NCBI GenBank assembly: GCA_964016885.1
Contig: OZ024745.1
Location: 16,678,001-16,742,000 of the forward strand
Direction of reading: 5' to 3'
DNA length: 64,000 bases
Source of the DNA: Eledone cirrhosa
Lineage: Eukaryota
Within the stretch, counting starts at the first letter, position 1. Each line of letters opens with the position of its first letter. Shown piece after piece: positions 51,845 through 64,000 of this stretch. The notes below the pieces were generated by a model. That model made no database searches, had not been told where the DNA came from, and saw only the letters and a program-made list of their open reading frames with translations. Both the position numbers and the translations under genes were made by a program.

Positions 51845-53391
51845 ATATATATAATTGTTAAAAGTTTTCCCAATGTCCATGCGCTCGGTACGTTACCAGG
51901 TCTTACACATTTTCAGTCGCTTTCAACAACTGAGGGCCACAGAATCTTGGTACATTGCACTGTGATGTCCTATATAAGGTTAGCGCCCATTTTCCTTTCA
52001 GATGAAGGAATGGGAGCAGCGGGAAATGATAAATCTTCCTTAAGTAGATAAAACCCTGCTAAGCTCAGAAATCGAACCCACAAATTGACAACTGTGAGAC
52101 CAAAACCATACCAACTAGGTTACGCGCCTTTACTATATGCATAGACATTTAGTGTTCTGTGTATTGAACATTCAAGTAATAGAGAACGCAACTAACAATT
52201 CTAATGCAAGTATTTCAAAGTGTGTGTATAGATGTCAGTCTTTTGTTTTAAACCTCAGTGATATTATAACTGATCTCTTCATTATAAACAATCCTATTCT
52301 AAAGCATTTCAGACGTTAAAAAAATATTTGTGCCAGATTTTCTATTAAATCTAAAAAATACATTTCTGAAACATATTAGGTGCATAAAATATTTATATGA
52401 ATAATAATTCGTATGGTGATGTCATAAATCATGATAAAGTGTAAGTTCATAAATTTTTATTTTTTAAAAATAGAGTTTTAATTAAATATACATTCAATGT
52501 CTGTAGAATTGCTTTTGTTCCGTCTATTAAATATTAACGAAATTAATTAATTCACATTTAATATATTTTTTCTGATAATTCCTTATCTAAAATTGTATTC
52601 ACTGAGACTGTCATGAGTAATTTTATGAAAAAAATAACATCAACTAACCTAATTAAAATGGAACCTTGCAATGAGTATTCTGTTGTGCACGTTATAGTAC
52701 ACAGGATTAACAACATATTTTTCTATATATTAATGATCTTTACATAATAAAAAGTGATAGCTCTGAAATTATTCTTAATTTCCAATCATACAATTAATAT
52801 TTTCCTTTTTGCTGCAAGGATTTTATTTATTTGATAATGATCATAGAAAATGAAAGTCATTATATGCAAAACTTCGTCTTTTTAGATAATGAAAAAATGA
52901 GAGTAAAGCCTATTTAAATTCCGTTATTTGCCATGGCTACAATACACGCAGCTGCGATGGAATACAAGCAGTAATTGGGGAGTTATTCTGTCCTGAGAGA
53001 GTCTTGCAGACTCAGAAAACGGGGATAAGCACTGCCTGATGAAACTTCTGCTTCGAACAGATTTTAATTAACTAACAAATAATTTTAGATGAAAGATGCA
53101 CAAAAAAGGGCCGATATTTATTAATAAAGCATATATATTTAGGTGCATATGTAAATATCTAAACGTGTTAGTTTTGCAGAATATGAGGCTTTGTTGAAAC
53201 TTTCATAGGCTGACTATGACGGATTGATGTTAAAGCTGTGAAATCTTGCATGCATTAATTTCAACTCTTCTTAATAATAACTTTCCACGGACTATGTTGA
53301 AAAATACATTCATTTTCTCATTACATGGGAATATCTTGGTCAGCATATGAAGCTTCCAGCTTATGAACGTTTCAACTGAACAGCTGAACAG

Positions 53392-53487
<96 letters not shown>

Positions 53488-54056
53488 AAGAGCACTGATA
53501 TGTTGTGTAAGAATTTTGCAGGAATAAATATTGGGAGATTTAGACCAATAGCTATCTACCGTGTTATAAATCTGTACCATTTCGATTAAAAGTATCATGT
53601 TAATTCTTATAACTTCTAATTTCTCATTAGACTACATTAGACTACATTAACTGGTTTCACCTTTAGGAGGAACAAACAGCCTGGGATTTATCAACTACAC
53701 AGTCAGTACAGATATAAAGGCCGCAGTCTACAAAAGCTTCATACTATTCTTGAAAAACAAAAAAGAAACAGTGGTCATTTAAACAGATAATAATTTAAGC
53801 CCCCTTTTTAAAAAAATGAAACGGAAAAAATAATTCGCCACTCATCAGATGCGAATTAAATTACACGATCTCATTTAACTTTTGAAAATCATGCAACTGT
53901 AAAATCCATAAAGTTATTGTAAAAAGTCTTGCTAAAGACACTTAATGCATTTTAAACTTGTTTCTCCTGTATCCAATTTAAAAAAAATTTTTTTAGACGG
54001 AGTTGAGGATCCGGAGGTGGTGAATTAACTGTTGTGGAACTACTTCTCTCTCTCTC

Positions 54057-54260
<204 letters not shown>

Positions 54261-54342
54261 TATTTGACTATCCAGGAAGCTCCAACCGTTAAGGTTGTCT
54301 TTTTTCCGGGTATGTCAATATTTATTTATAAAATAAATCTGT

Positions 54343-54406
54343 ATTTTATCTGATGAAAGCGCACCATACTTTGCCTTGGTTGCCCTTGAAATATGTATAA
54401 TAAAGT
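54343..54406 (+). ncRNA. Type I hammerhead in a (TA)n-flanked insert (~54265-54541)
   Basis: attttat-CTGATGA-aagcgcacca/tggttgccctt-GAAA-tatgta-TA-ataaagt. Confidence 0.7.
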
Positions 54407-54559
54407 AAATATGGTTTTATAAATATATTTTCCATTTATTAATATATTGTGTATTTACTCCAAAAGCTTGTTGAGTGCTTTATATCAGTTATAAAAATGT
54501 TTAAGCTTGTTGAATCTCAACAAATTAAATATAACCTCTGCATATATATATATGTATTT

Positions 54560-54634
54560 TGTTTAATATAGAACAGCTTCTACAGGACTAGAACTGTTTC
54601 ATTCGTGAGAAAGCATCAGGAAGCTGACTGTCCA
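54560..54634 (-). mobile_element. HHR family A copy (core CTGATGC)
   Basis: rc gcttc-CTGATGC..GAAA-cag/ctg-TA-gaagc at 54576-54624. Confidence 0.75.
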
Positions 54635-55131
54635 ATTAAATATGGTGGTATTTATATCTTTTCTAGTGGTAGGAGAAGGTGGGGATTGGGATGGGTGGAG
54701 GTCATTGGTTGATGGGTTTAAAGAAAAGGGAATTCTTTAGAAGCTAAATCTTTATAGCTATAATTTATATTTAGGGTGACAAAGGCAGAAAGAATTCTAT
54801 AAACAAGTTCAAATTGGAGTGCCACTCCTTTTTTTATGTTTCTCTTAAGCTAACAATGCCTATATTTCAGGTGTCTACAAGATGGATGGGCGTCATTGGT
54901 TGATGGGTTTAAAGAAAGGGGAATTCTTTAAAAGCTACTTCTTTAAAGCTGTATTTAGAGTGACAAAGGCAGAAAGAATTCTATAAACAAGTTCAAATTT
55001 GGGGTGCCTCTCCTTATTGTTAAGTTTCCCTTATGCTATATTTCAGGTGTCTAAAAAGCACACACACACAACCCCCCCCTCCTCACACACATATATATAT
55101 AAAACTTTTACTCCTACGCACTCGCAAAAAA

Positions 55132-55174
<43 letters not shown>

Positions 55175-55179
<5 letters not shown>

Positions 55180-56023
55180 ACTAGAAATTGATTAACATAT
55201 AAATAAACATGAATAATCACAGGGAAGATTACTCATATTATAAGGTATCTATTTTTGAACTTCTGGTTAACTTTATTTAGTTACCTACCTTGCTATGTGT
55301 GCTTACACACTTGTAAAAATTAACTCCTGTGATTATTCATGTTTATTTATATGTTAATCAATTTCTAGTTGTTATAAAATGCTCGGACCTATTCGTTAGA
55401 ATCTTAGAGCTTATTTTGCGGGTGATATGGTGCATGTCTTTCTGGCATGACACCCATAATTTTGATTATCTGAATTTTGGATATAGATATATACATACGG
55501 CTCCTTAATTGTAGAGCTAACTCTGTTGAAACGATTTGACTGCTGTTTCTAGTTGTCGATAACCCTATTCACGCCACTGTGACGAAGCTGGTATGATGTG
55601 TGTATTTCTAGTAGATACAGCACGTGTTGCTGGCCAGTCGCTGATTTGAACTTGAAGTGTAAACATAGATCGCTGGACTTCTTCCTTGTTGAAAATCCAA
55701 GTACTGGCCTCCATGATTTACCATTCGATTAATTGGTGAAATATATTTCTTTAATGGAATATATACAGGGAAGATTAATCATATTATATGGTATCTATTT
55801 TTGAAGTTCTGGTTAACTTTATTTAGTTACCTACCTAGCTATGTGTGCTTACACACTTGTAAAAATTATCTCCTGTGATTATTCATGTTTATGTATATGT
55901 TAATCAATTTCTAGTTATTATAAAATGCTCGGACCTATTCGTTAGAATCTTAGAGCTTATTTTGTGGGTGATATGGCGCATGTCTTTCTGGCATGACACC
56001 CATAATTTTGATTATCTTAATTT

Positions 56024-56025
<2 letters not shown>
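55175..56025 (+). repeat. (TA)n-flanked element: 546-bp unit + ~260-bp repeat, with short inverted 5' arm
   Basis: 55219-55479 repeated at 55765-56024; 55175-55223 is rc of 55326-55375. Confidence 0.8.
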
Positions 56026-56089
<64 letters not shown>

Positions 56090-56754
56090 ATATATATATA
56101 TATACAATATATATATATATATATATACGTATAGGAAAAAGTATGATCCGACAACTGAGCTCAAACCGTTTCGACGGCTATTTCTGGACTAAATTAGAAT
56201 TTTTAGACTGGTAAATAAATAGCCTAACTTGTCAATGGTTACTTCCTTATATGGGAAGATTGTAGTTGTTGAGAGGAATGGTCAAAATTTGTAAACAAAA
56301 ATACGTTTATCATGGCATTTGGTGGGGGGGTAGGGGTGGCTGAACTTGCCTGTAAAACAATGAGGGAGTGAGTGGAGCCGGTCAAGCGTTGAAAGTGAAA
56401 TCTATACAGCAGATTCTAAGGATAGTGTATGAAAAGTCGAAAAATTGTTCTGGAGAAAATGGAGGAGGGTGGTTATAATAGGCAAGTCAAATGAGAGTAG
56501 GAGACAATAAAAATAATAGAAAGAAATATAAAAAAAATATATATATAGATGAAATTATGTATTTCGCCTACCCCGATGGGCTGCATCGGGGTAGGCGAAA
56601 GGGCAAAAACAGACGAGGAAGAAGATCGGGGGTGGAAGGATGTGATAGGATGAGACAGGGGAAGAAGAAAACATAGAGGAAAAGAAAAGAGGTACATCTA
56701 CCTATCTAAGCTGGGGTTTCCCCTAACTTATTCAGCAAGTGGGAGGTATCAAAA

Positions 56755-56855
56755 CTACAGGACTAGGACTGTTTCATTCGTGAGAAATCATCAAGAAGCT
56801 TCCTGATTATTTCTCACGAATGAAACAGTTCTAGCCCTGTAGAAGCTCTTCTATA

Positions 56856-56862
<7 letters not shown>
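56755..56862. mobile_element. Family A foldback centred on HHR stem I (gaagcttc)
   Basis: Arms 56755-56798/56799-56843. Confidence 0.75.
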
Positions 56863-56900
<38 letters not shown>

Positions 56901-56944
56901 CTCTACTAGATATTTTGTTTTAGTCTCATTCATTCTTGGTAAAG

Positions 56945-57650
56945 ATTGTTGTGAAGCCTGGAGATGGAGACTGTGCCGGTGAGTGTGGGGCTGAGAATGA
57001 ATGAGACTAAAACAAAATATCTGGTAGAGAATGTTGAGAAGACAGAGGGGATCACTAATGTAGGCGGGAAACTGCTAGAATTGCTTGAGGACTTCTTGTA
57101 TTTGGGAACAAAGATTGAGAATACGGAAGATGATGAGGTTGAGAGGAAGATAAAGCCTGGGCGGCGTGCCACAGCTTGAGATCGGTGTGGAAGTCGGACC
57201 TTCGTAAAGACCTAAAAATCCGCCTCTTCATTGCTGTAGTGGAGTCTGTGGTGCTGTACGGGTCTGAGACTTGGACACTGACCAAGAAACTCACTGAGAT
57301 GGTGGATGGGTGCTACACGAGAATGCTGAGGATGGCTCTGAACATTAATCACTATACACTGAGGATGAAAATCTCAGAGCTGTATGGGAGCATCCCAAAT
57401 GTCAGCTCAAAAGTAACACAGAGGAGACTGAGATTAGCTGGACATGCTCACCAACATTCAGAGTTGACATTGCACTCAGTGCCCCTGTGGGAGTCCCTAC
57501 ATGGACACACTGGCAGAAGAGGACCAAGGTTAACTTATGTTGATGCCCTAAGGACAGACACTGGTCTGTTGGAGACGCAGGACATGGCAGCGATAATGAG
57601 AGACAGAGACCGCTGGAGAGAACTCGTCCATGGATCTCGAATTTTACCCG
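56945..57650 (+). mobile_element. RTE-clade LINE 3' fragment
   Basis: GLRMNETKTK, FLYLG, ESVVLYGSETW, RLRLAGH, GRRGPRLTY, DRDRWR. Confidence 0.85.
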
Positions 57651-57666
57651 CCCTAGAAAAATATAT

Positions 57667-58112
57667 ATAGTTAAATCTTAGACGGGAACAAAAGCCGAGA
57701 GGTAGTACAAATATGAGTTTATTAGGTTCTCGCTTTTTGAGAGTGCATGTGTGGGGGGTGGAGTGGGTAGGAATAGAGTTCCGAGGGTGTGTGGGGGAGT
57801 GGTGGAAAGACATTTAGAGAAAAGGGGGTGGGGAGGAAAAACGATTTTAGAAGTACAAATAAGCAGAAATAAACAAAAACAGTAAAATAATCAAGAAATA
57901 ATACAATAGAATAGGAAAAAATAAACAAGGAAAGAAAAGGTTTGTGGGAGAGTTTGGGTAAAGTACAGAGGTTGATCACGGCGGATTAAATCGGGGTTGA
58001 GCCGGTGGTCAAGGTGGTATTCCAAGTTGGTGTGGAAGCGGTGTAAGCGTGTATCGTATAGTTAAATCTTAGACGGGAACAAAGACAGAGAGGCAGTACA
58101 AATATGAGTTTA
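57667..58112. repeat. ~390-bp unit bounded by ~55-bp direct repeats
   Basis: atagttaaatcttagacgggaacaaa..gtacaaatatgagtttat at 57667 and 58058. Confidence 0.75.
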
Positions 58113-58219
58113 TACACATACATACATATATATATACATATATATACACACAAACAAACATATATATATTTATATATATATAAACTCACATACATACGCA
58201 CACACACATACACACACAC

Positions 58220-58266
<47 letters not shown>

Positions 58267-58465
58267 CACAGACACACACACACATGTAGATATATATACA
58301 TATATATATATGTAATATATGTTTACATACATATACATATGTATATATATCTATATGTATACATATATATATGTACATACATATATATATATATATGTAT
58401 ACACCCATACATACATACAGACACGCACACACAAACACACATACGCACACATACACACACATATG

Positions 58466-58517
<52 letters not shown>

Positions 58518-59599
58518 CAGTCGATATTGTTCAGAGGTGCATACGCAAGCAGATATTTTCTCGTCCTGTATTAACAGAGATGGAATCACAAAATCCGGTA
58601 CACTGAATGCATATAAATACACACACTATGTATATAAATATATCATTATGAAATATTTGAATACTTCCAGATGGGCAATATTTATGTCTTGAAAAAATAT
58701 TTCAAAACAACTTCGTATTGTAATGATTTATGTATGTGTAAGCTGCGTACATTACTATTGTATATTTTATATTGAATCAAAATATACTGAACATACTTGG
58801 TCCAATATGCGATACATAGGTAATTTATCTTTGCAACTTGCATGACGTTGGCGTTGGGCATAATAATGGTGTAATCTCATAAAAGAATAAATAAACACAA
58901 CACTCACACACACACATATATATATATATATACACACGCACACACACACACATATGGAAATAAATATAGATATATATGTGTGTGTGTGTGTGTGTGTGTA
59001 TGTGAGAGAGAGTGTGTGCGTGTGTATATATATATATATATATAAACATAAGCATTTAAATTTTCAAGCATGAGAAAATCCTTATTGAGAATTGTAATTT
59101 TTAGAGTCTCGGCCAAAATACTTTCTGTTGTTTGTACCAGCTTTTTACGTTCGGAGATCAAATTCGCCGAGGTTAGTCTTCCCGTTCATCCTTATGTATT
59201 CGCTAAAATAAAGTACCAGAAATGTACTGGGGTTGATTCAATCAACTTTCCTTTCCTTTCAAGGTATTGACCTGGTGCCAAAGCAGAAACAATTATAATT
59301 ATTGACATTAGACTCTCGTGATACGATGAGATTTAGGATTGCTCGCTGATTAAGCAACTGAAAAGGGCGTTACTTGACGGAGGATACACGGCAAATATTG
59401 TGGGTATAGGCCTCGTCTCTACCAAGACGACCCACACCACCCTGGCAAAGACAACCTCAACACCTACAATGCATGCATGCCTGGTCCCGTAACTCTCGGG
59501 GGGAGTTGCAGGGGCACTGTATTGACATACGGCGTTTCTATGGCAATCTTTGAAACCTCGTTGAACCCATTGTTCTTCCAGTGAAACACAGAGTAATAT

Positions 59600-59917
59600 A
59601 ATTGTTTCTACTTTTGGCACAAGGCCAGCAATTATCCCAGTGCATTACTGGTACTTTATTTTATCCCCGTAAGGATGAAAGGCAAATTAACCTCAGTGGG
59701 ATTTGAACTCAGAATGGCAAGGGCCGTAACTCTATACAACACAGAGTTATATAATTATTTCTACTTTTGGCACAAGGCTAGCAATTATCCCAGTGCATTC
59801 CATCGACCCCGTTAGGATGAAAGGCAAAGTTAATCTCGGCGGGATTTGAACTCGGACCATAAAGGGCCGTAACTCTTTGCTGCAAAGCATGGCGTCCAAC
59901 CCTACCGATACTGCCAA
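59600..59917 (-). mobile_element. Two adjacent family-1 SINEs (truncated copy inserted at the tail of another)
   Basis: TSD acacagagt(a/t)atataat at 59586-59602 and 59739-59755. Confidence 0.85.
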
Positions 59918-62900
59918 GTGAGAAAGAGATATAGAGGAATAATTGATACTAGTCCTAGACGGGTACTCATTTAAAGACCTCGAATGGATGATGAAAGGCG
60001 ATGTTGTCTTTACACCTACAATACTTGCTATGTATATCTTGGCCTTTTATATCAGTTGTGTGCTCACAAAAAAAAATAGATTGGTAGCAGATAATAATTT
60101 GTGTAATATAAACACCCATACATGCACACAAACAATCACACACACACACACAAACAATCACACGCACACATACACACACACAAACAATCACATACACACA
60201 CATACACACACAAACAATCACACACACACACACACACCATGCAAGGTCTAGGTTGGAAAGTTCTAGCCACATGAAAATTCATATATATATATTTATATAT
60301 ATATATATTTCATTGAAATATATATATATATAACTCCTAAGTTCTATACTTGGACTGTGAGAGGTACATGTATTATTCAACTACTAGAGATATGTATTTT
60401 GGTTTACGTTTCAAGTTGACATTCACTGCAAAGTATAGGAATAAAAACGATACTTCTTTAATTGCACTATCATTATTCTAGATTATAAATATCTGTCACT
60501 GCCAGGACCCGACAATTCGATTATATTATTTAGAGATATTTCTTAGTATGTTCTAATTTATGACAGAGATGGAATGTTCCTTAATGCTGCCTTGGCTGTA
60601 CTTAATTTAGAGGCTAACAGTAACCCCTGTATATTTATACTACAAATTAAATGTAGTAAATTACATTCCAGTTGATTCTATCAACGGAGCAGACTACTCG
60701 TAAAATTAAGGTACAAGTGGCTGAATATTCTACAAACACGTGTATCCTTAACGTAGTTCTCAAAAAGATTCAGCGTGACACATAATATGACAAGGCTGGT
60801 GCTTTTATAGCCAGGTGAGAGGAATAGAGCAGCGTGAAATAAAGTGTCTTACTCAAGGACATAACGCGGCGCCGGGAATCGAACTCACAACTTAACGACC
60901 GTAGGCCGAACACCCTAACCACTAAATTATGTCTTTCAACAAACACACACACATATGTATATATGTTCTTCATTTAAATGATATTTAAGATATTTTTGAA
61001 GTCGCAGTAATATGGTGGGTGAGCAATGTGGAATGCTCAGAGAATAGTCCACTACGCAGTAGAGGGTGGATTGGTTAGTGAATGGTTCATGTGGACGGAC
61101 ACAAAAAGAATGTAGAAGTGCCATCAACGTACCAAACTCAGGTGAATATGGTATAGATTAGGGCAAGCATATGACCCCTCCCCCACCGTGTGAAATATCA
61201 AACTCTGTGTTGAGGTTGTGCCTCAGAGGCTATAGGAAATGAAAGACTTTGGGATATTTAATAGAGGAAATTGGAACTGGAGGAAATAATTTCTAAAGTG
61301 GTGGAAAATGTATGAATGAAGAGGCGGAAGTTATTAAAAGATTCAGAGGAAAAAGAAATGATGTGGATAAAAGTTGTTTTCTTAACGGTCGTTTCACCCA
61401 GAGATGAGACCACTGAATTGTGAAATATGCGCTTCAGTATAGTGGATGATATGTTCCCATAACTACGAAAATAAAAAAATCGTTAGCTGAAATCTCCTGA
61501 AAAAGCTGAATGAGTAGCAATTAAGGATAAGGAACATTTTAGCTAAACGGAGAAAGGTAGATGCTGCAAGGTTGGTAAGTGGCAGTACTGTCGAGGGAAG
61601 TGATGCGTTGGAAATAGATTGTCATTTTGAAGGGTGAAGGTGTAACGGTATATAATACCTAGAGGAAAGCAGTTGGAAAGGAATTGCCATGGGAGGGATT
61701 ATTTTAAAAAGGTCAAAGGTGTTCTGGTTGTCGTGGACGTTGTAGGGGATGAAATGCACTAACGTTGAGAAGATAAGATCAAGTGAGGCGAAAGGACTCT
61801 ATTAGGCTGTCAAATCTAGTTTGTCTGGTTGGGGGGAACTAATCTAATATTAAACACCTAGCATTTCCGATACAAAATAAAATACCTCGCGATATGTTTC
61901 TGTATCATAAAAATAACTCAGCTGACTTCGATCGATCATTTTAATGTAGTATTATTTGAGTGCAATTTCAGTTTTATAGCTCACATTCCTATTTCACTAG
62001 CGTTGGATTTCAATTTACCACTCTGCTATGTAGTAAATTAGACGCTTCCAACCGAATAAAATATATTTGATAGCTCAGCAAATTATTTTATTCAAGACTC
62101 CCCAATCCTCTCGGGAGATATTCAGATTCTAGTTGTATCAGTATATCCTTATAGATTCGCAGTTCAATTCCCACCAAAGTATTATTTGCATTGCGTCATT
62201 CACAGAAATATACGGTCTCGTGTGTTAGAAAGCAATTAGTGAGTACAGTGATTAATCTTTCCATCTGCACATTATAAATATATAATATGTCGAAAATCAA
62301 TCAATGGCAATATTGATATTCAATAATAAATGAGCAGTGGATTGGCAGTATCGGTAGAGCGTCGGACATCTACGCTCTGAATTTAAATCCCACCGGGTTA
62401 GCTTTTCCTTTCACCTTCTCGGGGTCGAGAAATTAAGGCGCCAGTTATGCACTGGGCTAGATTTAGCGACATTCACCCCCACAAAAAAAAAAAAAAAATT
62501 GCTGGCCTTGTATATAAATGACACTCTACTGCAGAGGTTTTCAAACAATATCACCAATTTTAGTGTATCTAGGATAATCTCTAGTTATATCGTGAAATTA
62601 AACAAAATCTCATTAATTTGTAACCAAATATTAGAGATATTACAATTTTACTTACAATTAGAGATGTGACTGCTAAAAAGTGGTACAATATTTCACTGTT
62701 TATATATTTATTTCACTAATTTCGTGTCACTGGCAAAACTAAAATAATGACATTTTTTTCATTTTGTAAACGTATGTTAAAAACGTGTAAAGTTTGGAAG
62801 TTGTTCCTTAAAAAACATGGGAGCACATTAGATAATATAAACCAACAGAAATTTTGGACGAAAACGCCTCATCAAGTAGATAAAGATTTGATTGCTAACT

Positions 62901-62924
62901 TAACTAGGAATGGTCACTAATAAT

Positions 62925-63245
62925 AATTGTTTCTACGTTTGGCACAAGGCCAGCAATTACCCAGTGCATTACTGGTACTTTATTTTGTCGACCCCGTAAG
63001 GATGAAAGGCAAAGTTAACCTCGGCGGGATTTGAACTCGGACCATAGAGGGCCGTAACTCTTTGCTGCAAAGCATGGCGTCAGACCCTCTACCGATACTG
63101 CCAAACCACCGCCCTAATAATAATTGTTTCTACTTTTGGTACAAGGCCAGCAATTACCCAGTGCATTACTGTTACTTTATTTTATTGACCCCGTAAGGAT
63201 GAAAGGCAAAGTTAACCTTGGCGGGATTTGAACTCAGAATGGCAA
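62925..63245 (-). mobile_element. Family-1 SINE dimer under one 19-bp TSD
   Basis: aatggtcactaataataat at 62909-62927 and 63245-63263. Confidence 0.88.
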
Positions 63246-63574
63246 ATGGTCACTAATAATAATAAAACTGAATTGAAACTAAACAGGTACAATATTTGTT
63301 TCAATATTTATTTTGCACAAGTTTTCCCATCAAGAATCTTGAAAAACATATTCAAAACTTAAATTTTAAACATTATTCCCATGGAAATAATGTTACTATC
63401 AGAATATGACTCAAAACCACACCTTTTGCAATAAGAATGTCTCGATTTAATAGCGAAAGTTTGGTTGAAATACAGAGTTGACTTAGTATTTATTAACACA
63501 CACAATAAGTATTTACAACATTTATGTATAGCCGTTAAATACATGGCTATACATAAACACTTACAATTAATGTG

Positions 63575-63618
<44 letters not shown>

Positions 63619-63685
63619 AAAAAGAAAAATGTTCGTTCTACATGGCTGAATACAATAAATGTAATCTAAGTTTTTCGAATATTAA

Positions 63686-63847
63686 TAATTGTTTCTACTA
63701 TTGGCACAAGGCCAGAAAATTACCCAGTACATTACTGGTACTTTATTTTATCGACCCCGTAAGGATGAAAGGCAAAGTTAACCTCGGCGGGATTTGAACT
63801 CAGAATGGCAAGGGCCGTAACTCTATGCGTCAAAGCATGGCGTCCGA
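63686..63847 (-). mobile_element. SINE family 1, 5'-truncated
   Basis: rc match to core and tail. Confidence 0.85.
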
Positions 63848-64000
63848 ATAACATTTGATTAGTTTGCAATTATCAAACAAGCCTCAATTGTATAGCCATG
63901 TCAGTACAATGAACCCTTCATTCTTGCTCTTGTGTTGGCATGTGAACAGAACTGCAGACACTAATGGTTGTGGGTATCAACCTTTCATCAGTACAGTCAC

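Noticed and set aside
53031-53065. CTGATGA motif (also 31315 and 31800)
   Set aside because: No proper downstream stem II-GAAA-NUH-stem I arrangement visible.
60990-61850. Possible ancient PLE thumb/GIY-YIG relic on the minus strand
   Set aside because: Only faint motif resemblance, many stops, no termini found.

Overview
AT-rich, microsatellite-rich eukaryotic DNA; the repeat content suggests an animal, plausibly a cephalopod such as octopus (inference). No intact host CDS is evident apart from one candidate 66-nt internal exon (39926-39991); most ORF-track entries are (TA)n/(CA)n/(GA)n artefacts. The window is dominated by decayed retroelements: a head-to-tail array of R4/Dong-type RLE LINE pieces in (TAA)n (0.5-4.9 kb), three Penelope-like elements (PLEs) with inverted pseudo-LTRs (16.1-17.8, 21.5-23.6, 26.0-28.7 kb), a CR1-type LINE 5' half, RTE and L1/Tx1 fragments, roughly 18 loci of one tRNA-derived SINE, a second SINE family and mariner-type MITEs. 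The most striking signal is a dense set of short non-coding elements from about ten sequence families, nearly all in (TA)n tracts. Most carry a type I hammerhead ribozyme (HHR) fold and an asymmetric foldback structure (one arm with a tail, one without), or a 300-550 bp tandem/terminally redundant unit resembling retrozymes. All folds and family calls were made by eye, without database searches.
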